Part shown: positions 6,308 to 14,154 of the stretch, one piece after another | Numbering within the stretch: the stretch's first letter is position 1 | Layout of the letters: each line of letters starts with the position of its first letter | From: a virus | Taxonomy: Duplodnaviria > Heunggongvirae > Uroviricota > Caudoviricetes | Reading direction: 5' to 3' (one strand) | DNA length: 14,154 nt | IMG/VR virus record: IMGVR_UViG_2695420403_000006 | Location: 1-14,154 of that record | Translations under genes and position numbers: made by a program | The notes under the pieces: model-generated | Told to the model about the DNA's origin: nothing | Database searches by the model: none | What the model saw: the letters and a program-made list of their open reading frames with translations, nothing else

Positions 6308-6330
6308 CTGGTACTACCAGTACTTTTTTT
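6308..6330 (+). terminator. Weak candidate intrinsic terminator upstream of the HNH gene
   Basis: Palindrome CTGGTA-C-TACCAG (6308-6320) followed by a 7-T run (6324-6330). The stem is short, so the call is tentative. Confidence 0.3.
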
Positions 6331-6372
6331 GTTTCATTTTGTGAATCACCTCATTTACGAGGGGAGCCTATC

Positions 6373-6723
6373 ATGCCACCACGAACACCAAAAGCCTGCC
6401 GTGTTCGCGGCTGCCGCTCTACAACCACAGACCCTTCAGGCTACTGCGAAAGCCACAAAAGCGAAGGCTGGAAGCAATACAAACCTGGACAATCCCGTCA
6501 TCAGCGCGGCTACGGTTCGAAGTGGGACAGTATCCGCGCGCGTGTCCTGAAGCGTGACAAAGGCCTGTGTCAGTTATGTCTGCGTGCTGGTGTGGTGCGT
6601 GAGGCGAAGACCGTTGACCACATCATCCCTAAATCGCATGGCGGCACTGATGTCGACAGTAATCTGCAGAGTTTGTGCTGGCCGTGTCATAAGGCGAAGA
6701 CGGCCCGTGAACGGCTGAAGTAA
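6373..6723 (+). CDS. HNH endonuclease (terminase-associated, HK97 gp74-like)
   Basis: 116-aa product with Cys-rich N-terminus (CRVRGCRSTTTDPSGYCESH) and HNH core (DHIIPKSHGGTDVDSNLQSLCWPCH). Strong RBS GAGGGGAG upstream. Location immediately before terS is typical of HK97-type packaging modules. Confidence 0.85.
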   Translation: MPPRTPKACRVRGCRSTTTDPSGYCESHKSEGWKQYKPGQSRHQRGYGSKWDSIRARVLKRDKGLCQLCLRAGVVREAKTVDHIIPKSHGGTDVDSNLQSLCWPCHKAKTARERLK

Positions 6724-6749
6724 GAACCAGTTCCCACTGCCAGAGGGGA

Positions 6750-6809
6750 GGGGCGGGTCAAATCCCTGTGACCTGACGTCTTCCGGACTGCCCGCCCCAT
6801 CGTTTTTTT
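6750..6809 (+). other. GC-rich long hairpin plus T7 run in the HNH-terS intergenic region; candidate terminator and/or part of the cos/packaging-site region
   Basis: GGGGCGGG (6750-6757) pairs with CCCGCCCC (6791-6798) around a 33-nt loop containing the GACGTC palindrome, followed by ATCG-TTTTTTT (6803-6809). In HK97-type phages cos lies between the HNH gene and terS. Confidence 0.4.
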
Positions 6810-6848
6810 ATACCCGCGAAAAATGAAATTTAACCAGGAGAGCCGCAT

Positions 6849-7343
6849 ATGGCTGGAACGGCGGGGCGTTCCGGGCGTCGCCCCAAGCCAACGGCGCGCA
6901 AGGCGCTGGCCGGAAACCCCGGCAAGCGAGCCCTGAATAAAGATGAACCTGTTTTTACGCCCATCAAAGGTGTTGACCCACCGGAGTGGTTCGCTGAAGA
7001 AGATCTCCCTCTCGCCACGATCATGTGGCAACTGACAACCAAAGAACTCTGCGGTCAGGGCCTGCTGTGCGTGACTGACCTGGCGGTACTTGAGCGGTGG
7101 TGCGTGGCCTATGAGTTCTGGCGACGTGCCGTGAAAAATATTGCCAGACAGGGCAACACCATCACCGGTGCAATGGGCGGTATGGTCAAAAATCCGGAGC
7201 TGACCGCCAAAAAAGAACAGGAGTCCGAGATGAGCAGTACGGGGGCAATGCTCGGACTCGACCCCAGCAGCCGCCAGCGTCTGATTGGCCTGGCGGGGCA
7301 GAAGAAAGCCACTAACCCGTTTCTGAAAATCATCGAATCATGA
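6849..7343 (+). CDS. terS: Terminase small subunit (P27 / HK97 gp1 family)
   Basis: 164-aa product with basic N-terminus ([34 protein letters not shown]...) characteristic of P27-family small terminases. RBS AGGAGA 7 nt upstream. Stop overlaps the terL start (ATGA at 7340-7343). Confidence 0.85.
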   Translation: MAGTAGRSGRRPKPTARKALAGNPGKRALNKDEPVFTPIKGVDPPEWFAEEDLPLATIMWQLTTKELCGQGLLCVTDLAVLERWCVAYEFWRRAVKNIARQGNTITGAMGGMVKNPELTAKKEQESEMSSTGAMLGLDPSSRQRLIGLAGQKKATNPFLKIIES

Positions 7344-9073
7344 GCCGGAAATCTTACCCCAACGTAAATGCTGCCAATCAGTATGCCCGTGATGTCGTGC
7401 GCGGAAAGATTGTGGCCTGCCAGTTTGTGATTCAGGCCTGCCAGCGCCATCTTGATGACCTGATGGAGGAAAAAAGTAAGTCGTTTCGTTACCGCTTCGA
7501 CAAGGACCTGGCTGAACGGGCCGCCAAATTTATTCAGCTGTTGCCGCACACTAAGGGGGAGTGGGCATTCAAGAGGATGCCCATCACGCTGGAGCCGTGG
7601 CAGCTCTTTGTGATCTGCTGCGCGTTTGGCTGGGTCAATAAAGGCTCCCGGCTGCGCCGCTTCCGTGAGGTGTATACCGAAATCCCCCGTAAGAACGGCA
7701 AATCGGCAATCTCTGCCGGTGTCGCCCTGTATTGTTTTGCCTGTGATAACGAATTCGGCGCGGAAGTGTATTCCGGTGCCACGACGGAGAAACAGGCATG
7801 GGAAGTCTTTCGTCCGGCAAGACTGATGTGTAAACGCACACCCATGCTGACGGAAGCGTTCGGGATTGAGGTTAACGCCTCAAACATGAACCGTCCGGAG
7901 GATGGTGCGCGTTTTGAACCGCTGATCGGTAACCCCGGTGATGGTTCATCACCCCACTGTGCGGTGGTGGATGAATATCACGAGCACGCCACAGATGCGC
8001 TTTACACCACGATGCTTACCGGGATGGGGGCGCGACGTCAGCCACTGATGTGGGCTATCACTACCGCCGGGTACAACATTGAGGGGCCGTGCTACGACAA
8101 ACGGCGGGAAGTCATCGAGATGCTCAACGGCTCGGTGCCTAACGATGAACTGTTCGGGATCATCTATACCGTTGATGAAGGTGACGACTGGACCGACCCG
8201 CAGGTGCTGGAAAAAGCTAACCCAAATATTGGCGTGTCGGTTTATCGCGAATTTTTGTTAAGTCAGCAGCAGCGTGCGAAAAATAACGCCCGTCTGGCAA
8301 ACGTCTTTAAAACAAAACACCTCAATATCTGGGTGTCGGCGCGTTCGGCGTATTTCAACCTGGTGAGCTGGCAGAGCTGCGAGGATAAATCACTGACCCT
8401 TGAGCAGTTCGAGGGGCAGCCGTGCATTCTGGCCTTTGACCTGGCGCGTAAGCTGGATATGAACAGCATGGCGCGACTTTATACCCGCGAGATTGACGGT
8501 AAAACGCATTACTACAGTGTGGCCCCGCGTTTCTGGGTACCGTATGACACGGTGTACAGCGTCGAGAAAAATGAAGATCGACGGACAGCCGAACGCTTTC
8601 AGAAATGGGTGGAAATGGGCGTTCTGACCGTTACCGATGGTGCGGAGGTGGATTATCGCTACATCCTCGAGGAGGCCAAAGCGGCGAACAAAATCAGCCC
8701 GGTCAGTGAGTCACCCATCGACCCCTTCGGGGCGACCGGGTTGTCACATGACCTTGCTGATGAAGACCTGAACCCCATCACTATCATTCAGAACTACACC
8801 AACATGTCCGACCCGATGAAAGAGCTGGAAGCGGCAATTGAATCGGGGCGCTTTCATCATGATGGCAATCCCATCATGACCTGGTGTATCGGCAACGTGG
8901 TCGGCAAAACCATTCCGGGTAACGATGATGTGGTGAAGCCCGTCAAAGAGCAGGCGGAAAACAAAATCGATGGTGCAGTTGCGCTGATTATGGCGGTTGG
9001 CAGAGCCATGCTGTACGAGAAAGGAGACACGTTGTCTGACCACATTGAGTCCTATGGGATCCGCTCGCTTTAA
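7340..9073 (+). CDS. terL: Terminase large subunit (HK97 gp2-like ATPase/nuclease)
   Basis: 577-aa product with Walker A-like motif ([14 protein letters not shown]) and a downstream acidic motif (AVVDEYHEH). Size and position are typical. Confidence 0.93.
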
Positions 9074-9084
9074 CTGAGGTAATT

Positions 9085-9267
9085 ATGATCATGCTGATTC
9101 TCGCGCCTCTGGTGGGCGTGCTGGGGGCGCTTTTGCTGGCGTATGGTGCCTGGCTGATTTATCCCCCGGCGGGGTTTGTTGTTGCCGGGGCGTTGTGCCT
9201 GTTCTGGTCGTGGCTGGTGGCGCGATATCTTGACCGTACACAGTCGTCTGTCGGCGGAGGTAAATAG
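9085..9267 (+). CDS. Small membrane protein (two predicted TM helices) between terL and portal
   Basis: 60-aa ORF with GAGG RBS (9077-9080) and two hydrophobic segments. Its TAG stop overlaps the GTG start of the portal gene (TAGTG at 9265-9269), suggesting translational coupling. Confidence 0.5.
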
Positions 9268-10508
9268 TGTTCTTTTCGGGATTATTTCAACGAAAAAGTG
9301 ACGCACCGGTGACCACGCCAGCAGAGCTGGCGGAGGCTATCGGGTTGTCCTACGACACCTATACCGGAAAGCAGATCAGCAGCCAGCGGGCCATGCGACT
9401 GACGGCGGTTTTTTCCTGTGTCAGGGTGCTGGCGGAGTCGGTCGGGATGTTGCCCTGCAACCTGTATCACCTGAACGGCAGCCTGAAGCAGAGAGCCACC
9501 GGCGAGCGTCTGCATAAGCTGATCTCCACGCATCCCAATGGCTATATGACGCCGCAGGAGTTCTGGGAGCTGGTGGTCACCTGTCTGTGCCTGCGGGGAA
9601 ACTTTTACGCCTACAAAGTGAAAGCATTTGGCGAAGTGGCTGAACTGCTGCCCGTCGATCCCGGCTGTGTGGTACCGAAGCTTAACAGTAGCTGGGAGCC
9701 GATCTATCAGGTCACATTCCCGGATGGCTCCACGGATGTACTGAGCCAGGAGGATATCTGGCATGTGCGCACGCTGACGCTGGACGGACTGGTGGGGCTG
9801 AATCCCATCGCCTATGCCCGCGAGGCAATATCGCTGGCAGCTGCGACCGAAGAGCACGGGGCCAGACTGTTCAGCAATGGCGCGGTGACGTCGGGTGTGT
9901 TGCGTACAGAGCAGACGCTGTCAGATCAGGCTTATGAGCGCCTGAAGAAAGATTTTGAGGAGCGTCACACCGGGCTTGGCAATGCTCACCGCCCGATGAT
10001 CCTTGAGATGGGGCTGGACTGGAAGTCGATGGCGCTGAACGCCGAGGACAGCCAGTTCCTGGAAACCCGCAAGTTTCAGCTTGAAGAAATCTGTCGTCTG
10101 TTCCGGGTGCCGTTGCACATGGTGCAGAACACCGATCGCGCCACCTTCAACAATATCGAAGAGCTGGGGCTGGGATTTATCAACTATTCACTGGTGCCGT
10201 ATCTGACCCGCATCGAACAGCGGATCAACACCGGACTGGTACGAAAAAGTAAGCAGGGCGTTTATTACGCCAAATTTAACGCCGGGGCGTTACTGCGCGG
10301 GGATATGAAGTCCCGTTTTGAAGCCTACGCCACCGGGATCAACTGGGGAATTTACTCTCCCAATGACTGCCGCGACCTGGAAGATATGAATCCGCGTCCC
10401 GGTGGTGATGTCTATCTCACACCGATGAACATGACCACGAAACCCTCCGATGGCAGTAAAGCCGGTAAGCAGAAGGATAACGCCAATGCAGACGAAACAA
10501 CGTCTTGA
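9267..10508 (+). CDS. Portal protein (HK97 family)
   Basis: 413-aa product starting at GTG 9267 with GGAGG RBS at 9255-9259. Size, position after terL and internal motifs (...FRVPLHMVQNTDRATFNNIEE...) fit HK97-type portals. Confidence 0.92.
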   Translation: MFFSGLFQRKSDAPVTTPAELAEAIGLSYDTYTGKQISSQRAMRLTAVFSCVRVLAESVGMLPCNLYHLNGSLKQRATGERLHKLISTHPNGYMTPQEFWELVVTCLCLRGNFYAYKVKAFGEVAELLPVDPGCVVPKLNSSWEPIYQVTFPDGSTDVLSQEDIWHVRTLTLDGLVGLNPIAYAREAISLAAATEEHGARLFSNGAVTSGVLRTEQTLSDQAYERLKKDFEERHTGLGNAHRPMILEMGLDWKSMALNAEDSQFLETRKFQLEEICRLFRVPLHMVQNTDRATFNNIEELGLGFINYSLVPYLTRIEQRINTGLVRKSKQGVYYAKFNAGALLRGDMKSRFEAYATGINWGIYSPNDCRDLEDMNPRPGGDVYLTPMNMTTKPSDGSKAGKQKDNANADETTS

Positions 10509-11136
10509 TGTACCGCTGAGTCTGAAATCTGTCAGTGACTCCGGTGAGTTTGAAGGGTATGGCTCCGTCTTTGGTGTAAAGGACAGCCACGATGATGTGG
10601 TGATGTCCGGGGCATTTGCTGCTTCCCTGCGGGCGTGGAGTGACAGAAAATCGTTACCTGCGCTGCTCTGGCAGCACCGCATGGATGAACCCATCGGTGT
10701 TTACACCGAAATGAAGGAAGACGATGTCGGGCTTTACGTCAGGGGACGGTTGCTTATTGATGATGATCCCCTCGCAAAACGCGCACATGCACACATGAAG
10801 GCCGGTTCGTTAACCGGCCTTTCTATTGGGTACGTCCTGAAAGACTGGGAATACGACCGGAGCAAAGAAGCCTTTCTGCTGAAAGAAATCGACCTCTGGG
10901 AAGTCAGCCTGGTGACGTTCCCGTCTAACGACGAGGCGCGGATCAGCGACGTCAAGAACGCACTGGCCCGCGGGGAAATCCCCGAACAGAAAAAAATCGA
11001 AAGAGTCCTGCGTGATGTCGGACTCTCCCGTACCCAGGCCAAAGCATTCATGGCCGGGGGCTATGGCGCACTGTCCCTGCGCGACGCTGAGGATGTGGGC
11101 TCTGCACTGAATGCACTGAAAAATCTGAACTTCTAA
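10486..11136 (+). CDS. Prohead maturation protease (HK97 gp4 / S78 family)
   Basis: Start chosen at ATG 10486 (GAAGGA RBS 8 nt upstream, 23-nt overlap with the portal gene) rather than the track start 10450, which lacks an RBS. Product (...GYGSVFGVKDSHDDVV...LWQH...) fits the HK97 protease family. Confidence 0.88.
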   Translation: MQTKQRLDVPLSLKSVSDSGEFEGYGSVFGVKDSHDDVVMSGAFAASLRAWSDRKSLPALLWQHRMDEPIGVYTEMKEDDVGLYVRGRLLIDDDPLAKRAHAHMKAGSLTGLSIGYVLKDWEYDRSKEAFLLKEIDLWEVSLVTFPSNDEARISDVKNALARGEIPEQKKIERVLRDVGLSRTQAKAFMAGGYGALSLRDAEDVGSALNALKNLNF

Positions 11137-11150
11137 TCAGGAGAAATACG

Positions 11151-12356
11151 ATGGCGGTTGATATTAAAGATGTCGAACAGGTCGCGCAGGAGCTGCAGCA
11201 GAAGTTTGACGACTTCAAAGCAAAGAACGACAAGCGCGTGGATGCGATTGAGCAGGAAAAAGGCAAGCTTGCCGGGCAGGTGGAAACCCTGAACGGGAAA
11301 CTCAGCGAGCTGGAAAATCTCAAAAGCGACCTTGAAAAAGAGCTGCTTGAGCTGAAACGTCCGGCAGGTGGAGCGCAAAATAAACTGGCCACCGAGCATA
11401 AAGAGGCGTTTGTGGGCTTCCTGCGTAAAGGCCGTGAAGACGGTCTGCGCGATCTGGAGCGTAAGGCATTGCAGGTGGGTACCGATGAAGACGGTGGCTA
11501 CGCCGTGCCGGAAGAACTGGATCGCAACATTCTTAACCTGCTGAAAGATGAAGTGGTGATGCGTCAGGAAGCCACGGTGATCACCGTTGGCGGTTCCGAC
11601 TACAAAAAACTGGTGAATCTGGGCGGTACGGCTTCCGGATGGGTGGGGGAAACGGATACGCGATCCCAGACTGCCACCTCCAGACTGGAGCTGATTGAAC
11701 CTCTCATGGGGGAAATCTACGGCAACCCGCAGGCTACCCAGAAAATGCTGGACGATGCCTTCTTCAACGTGGAGGCCTGGATCAACAGCGAGCTGGCAAC
11801 CGAATTTGCCGAACAGGAAGAAATTGCCTTTACCACCGGCGATGGCACCAAGAAGCCGAAAGGGTTCCTGGCGTATGAATCCACTGATGAAACCGACAAG
11901 GTCCGGGCGTTCGGCAAACTTCAGCATATTGTATCCGGCGAAGCGACCGCGGTGACCGCAGACGCCATTATCAAACTGATTTACACGCTGCGTAAGGCAC
12001 ACCGCACTGGCGCGAAGTTCATGATGAACAACAACAGCCTGTTTGCCATCCGTCTGCTGAAAGACACCGAGGGTAACTATCTGTGGCGTCCGGGGCTGGA
12101 ACTGGGGCAGCCGTCCTCTCTGGCGGGTTACGGTATCGCTGAAAACGAACAGATGCCGGATATCGCCGCGGATGCGAAAGCCATTGCATTTGGTAACTTC
12201 AAACGGGGTTACACCATCGTTGACCGTATCGGCACCCGCATTCTGCGTGACCCGTACACCAATAAACCGTTTGTCGGTTTTTATACCACCAAGCGCACCG
12301 GCGGGATGCTGGTCGATTCGCAGGCCATCAAACTGCTGAAGATTGCAGCGGCGTAA
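11151..12356 (+). CDS. Major capsid protein, HK97 fold with N-terminal delta (scaffold-like coiled-coil) domain
   Basis: 401-aa product. The N-terminal ~100 aa are highly charged and coiled-coil-like (delta domain). Strong RBS AGGAG 7 nt upstream. Position after the protease is canonical. Confidence 0.93.
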   Translation: MAVDIKDVEQVAQELQQKFDDFKAKNDKRVDAIEQEKGKLAGQVETLNGKLSELENLKSDLEKELLELKRPAGGAQNKLATEHKEAFVGFLRKGREDGLRDLERKALQVGTDEDGGYAVPEELDRNILNLLKDEVVMRQEATVITVGGSDYKKLVNLGGTASGWVGETDTRSQTATSRLELIEPLMGEIYGNPQATQKMLDDAFFNVEAWINSELATEFAEQEEIAFTTGDGTKKPKGFLAYESTDETDKVRAFGKLQHIVSGEATAVTADAIIKLIYTLRKAHRTGAKFMMNNNSLFAIRLLKDTEGNYLWRPGLELGQPSSLAGYGIAENEQMPDIAADAKAIAFGNFKRGYTIVDRIGTRILRDPYTNKPFVGFYTTKRTGGMLVDSQAIKLLKIAAA

Positions 12357-12405
12357 TCACTCAGGGGCGCGGAACCGCGCCTCCTGTTCTGACGGGTGAA
12401 GAATC

Positions 12406-12606
12406 ATGATCCTGAAACAAGATCTGAAATGGTCACCGGACGGTATGCGTGTTGAGGTCATTCGGGCCGGTGAGTATGACGACGGGGCGCTTCCTGCCCG
12501 GGTGCAGGAGATTGCACTTCAGGCCGGGTTAGCAGAGCGCGGAACCAGTGCAAAAAGCAGTAAAGCGACAAAAGAGAAAAAAGCCACGACCAGTAAAGAG
12601 GGCTGA
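12406..12606 (+). CDS. Small hypothetical head-module protein with Lys/Ser/Thr-rich C-terminal tail
   Basis: 66-aa ORF directly after the capsid gene, in the codon usage of the backbone. C-terminus SAKSSKATKEKKATTSKEG is low-complexity and basic. Confidence 0.45.
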   Translation: MILKQDLKWSPDGMRVEVIRAGEYDDGALPARVQEIALQAGLAERGTSAKSSKATKEKKATTSKEG

Positions 12607-12608
12607 GT

Positions 12609-12932
12609 ATGCTTCTGACAATGGAAGAGATTAAAGCCCAACTCCGGCTGGATGAGGATTTCGATGCTGATGACCGCCATCTGCAACTGCTGGCCTGTGC
12701 GGCGCAAAAGCGGACGGAAACGTATCTGAACCGGAAGCTCTATGCACCGGATGAAACCATTCCGGACAGCGACCCGGACGGACTACACCTGCCGGATGAT
12801 ATTCGTCTGGGGATGCTGATGCTTATCAGCCATTTTTACGAAAACCGCTCGTCGGTTACGGAAGTGGAGAAACTCGACATGCCGCAGAGTTTTGGCTGGC
12901 TTGTTGGCCCGTACAGGTACTTTCCGCAATGA
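12609..12932 (+). CDS. Head-tail connector protein (HK97 gp6-like)
   Basis: 107-aa product with the N-terminal signature EEIKAQLRLDEDFDADD...LL..AAQ...E.YLNR typical of gp6-like connector proteins. RBS AAGAGGG upstream. Stop overlaps the next gene's start (ATGA). Confidence 0.72.
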   Translation: MLLTMEEIKAQLRLDEDFDADDRHLQLLACAAQKRTETYLNRKLYAPDETIPDSDPDGLHLPDDIRLGMLMLISHFYENRSSVTEVEKLDMPQSFGWLVGPYRYFPQ

Positions 12933-13339
12933 AAATTCGTCAGGCGCAGACCAGCGCAACCTACATTCTGCCGGACCCCGGCGAACTGAATAAACGCGTC
13001 CTGATCCGCCAGCGGGTGGATATGCCCGCGGATAACTTTGGCGTGGAGCCTCAATACCCGGTTGCGTTCCGGGCATGGGCGAAGGTTGTCCAGACCAGTG
13101 CCACCACCTGGCAGGAAACCGCGCAGACCGGAGACGCCATCACCCATTACATCACCATTCGCTACCGCCGGGGGATCACCGCTGATTATGAGGTGGTCTG
13201 CGGTGACAGTGTGTACCGGGTGAAACGTCAGCGCGATCTGAACGGTGCGCGGCGCTTTCTGCTGCTGGAGTGTACGGAGCTGGGCGAATTTACGCAGAGT
13301 CACGGAGGCAGCAATGGCGACTCCCTTTTTTCACGTTGA
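12929..13339 (+). CDS. Head closure / head-tail adaptor protein (Phage_H_T_join-like)
   Basis: 136-aa ORF in canonical position after the connector gene. Overlaps the next gene by 26 nt. Confidence 0.65.
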   Translation: MKIRQAQTSATYILPDPGELNKRVLIRQRVDMPADNFGVEPQYPVAFRAWAKVVQTSATTWQETAQTGDAITHYITIRYRRGITADYEVVCGDSVYRVKRQRDLNGARRFLLLECTELGEFTQSHGGSNGDSLFSR

Positions 13340-13820
13340 TGTTCAGCAGCCCGCGGAGATGCGCTTTAACCGCGCCCGTGTCCGGCGGGCGTTTGTCACG
13401 ATTGGGCAGCGTCATATGCGTGATGCTCGTCGGCTGGTGATGCGCCGTGCGCGGTCGGCACCGGGTGAAAACCCCGGTTATCAGACCGGACGCCTGGCTC
13501 GTTCGATTGGTTACATGGTGCCGGGAGCCAGTAAAAAGCGAGCCGGTTTTATGACACGCATTGCCCCTAACCAGCGCAACGGGAAGGGGAACCGGATGAT
13601 CTCTGGTGACTTCTATCCGGCGTTTCTGTTTTTTGGTGTCCGGGGAGGAGCAAAACGTCGTCGTAGTCATCATCGTGGTGCATCCGGTGGCAGCGGCTGG
13701 CGGCTGGCTCCACGTAATAACTTTATGGTGGAAACTCTTGAAAAGAACCGCAGCTGGACACGCTATTTTCTGGCGCGGGAATTACGTAAATCACTGAAGC
13801 CGGAGCGACGACGCAGATGA
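13314..13820 (+). CDS. HK97 gp10-family neck/tail-completion protein
   Basis: Start chosen at ATG 13314 (GGAGG RBS at 13304-13308, 5-nt spacer) rather than track start 13245. Product MATPFFHVDVQQ... has the arginine-rich composition of gp10-like proteins. Confidence 0.7.
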   Translation: MATPFFHVDVQQPAEMRFNRARVRRAFVTIGQRHMRDARRLVMRRARSAPGENPGYQTGRLARSIGYMVPGASKKRAGFMTRIAPNQRNGKGNRMISGDFYPAFLFFGVRGGAKRRRSHHRGASGGSGWRLAPRNNFMVETLEKNRSWTRYFLARELRKSLKPERRRR

Positions 13821-14154
13821 AACTGACGCCTGTTATTGCTGCGCTGCGTGCCCGCTGCCCGTATTTTGAAAACCGGGTGGCAGGCGCGGCACAGTTCAAA
13901 AATCTGCCGGAGGTCGGAAAGCTGAGACTCCCGGCGGCGTATGTGGTACCGGGTGATGACTCTCCGGGAGAAAACAAAAGCCAGACCGACTACTGGCAGG
14001 AGCTGAAAGAGGGCTTCTCCGTGGTTGTCATACTGAGTAACGGGCGTGATGAGCGCGGTCAGTTTGCCTCGTATGATGTGGTGGACGATGTCCGGCAGAT
14101 GCTCTTTAAGGCTCTGCTGGGCTGGAACCCGGAAGCGTGCGGTAACCCGATTAC
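13817..14154 (+). CDS. Phage tail-side structural protein (possibly tail terminator / DUF3168-like), 3'-partial
   Basis: ATG at 13817 overlaps the upstream stop (ATGA). Frame stays open to the window end (MKLTPVIAALRARCPYFENRVAGAAQFKNLPEVGKL...), which is why it is absent from the ORF track. Confidence 0.5.
   Translation, partial: MKLTPVIAALRARCPYFENRVAGAAQFKNLPEVGKLRLPAAYVVPGDDSPGENKSQTDYWQELKEGFSVVVILSNGRDERGQFASYDVVDDVRQMLFKALLGWNPEACGNPI

Larger units (their letters stand above)
1..14154. mobile_element. Segment of a lambdoid prophage (nin-end/Q, lysis, packaging, HK97-type head genes) carrying two AT-rich cargo insertions
   Basis: Uninterrupted + strand run of phage late genes in canonical order with short start/stop overlaps (ATGA, TAGTG) typical of phage operons; no host housekeeping genes visible; neither prophage boundary is in the window. 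Confidence 0.85.

Noticed and set aside
6305-6550. 81-aa + strand ORF overlapping the HNH endonuclease gene
   Set aside because: Alternative frame of the well-supported HNH gene; starts inside the AT-rich leader with no RBS; product is low-complexity.
10450-10485. Upstream ATG (10450) as start of the prohead protease
   Set aside because: No RBS precedes it and it would create a 59-nt overlap with the portal gene; ATG 10486 has a GAAGGA RBS at optimal spacing.
11133-12002. 289-aa minus-strand ORF antisense to the major capsid gene (similar long antisense ORFs at 9282..9857, 10290..10694, 12836..13303, 13290..13673)
   Set aside because: They lie entirely inside strongly supported + strand structural genes, lack RBSs and have Arg/Gly/Pro-rich compositions typical of antisense frames in GC-rich phage DNA.
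13245-13313. Upstream ATG (13245) as start of the gp10-family gene
   Set aside because: The extra N-terminal 23 residues are Cys/Trp/Arg-rich and lie in an alternative frame of the preceding gene; ATG 13314 is preceded by a strong GGAGG RBS.
1-14154. CRISPR arrays, tRNA/rRNA genes, integrase or att sites, IS elements
   Set aside because: No regularly spaced direct repeats, no tRNA-like T-loop/acceptor pairing found by eye, no transposase- or integrase-like ORFs; the window is internal to the prophage.

Overview
This 14.2-kb window reads as one contiguous late-region segment of a lambdoid enterobacterial prophage with an HK97-type head module; all backbone genes are on the + strand. In order: the end of a nin-like region (5'-truncated KilA-N/Roi-like protein, DUF968 protein, small Q-type antiterminator), a lysis cassette (3-TM holin, an endolysin co-linear with phage lambda R, overlapped Rz/Rz1 spanins), then HNH endonuclease, small and large terminase, portal, prohead protease, major capsid protein, head-tail connector proteins and the first tail-side gene, which runs off the 3' end. 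Two visibly AT-rich cargo (moron) insertions interrupt this backbone. (i) A tightly coupled two-gene operon on the minus strand (2148..3536), wedged between Q and the holin, encodes a 313-aa soluble protein followed by a 147-aa four-helix membrane protein. I read this as a divergent RexA/RexB-like phage-exclusion module sitting at the Q-S moron hotspot rather than in an immunity region; it is the best candidate for an undescribed system here. (ii) A 197-aa membrane-anchored protein gene (5361..5954) and a small convergent ORF (6031..6243) sit at the bor-equivalent position between the spanins and the packaging genes. No rRNA, tRNA, CRISPR array, integrase or att site is evident. All family assignments rest on remembered protein signatures, not on database searches, and need HMM or structure confirmation.
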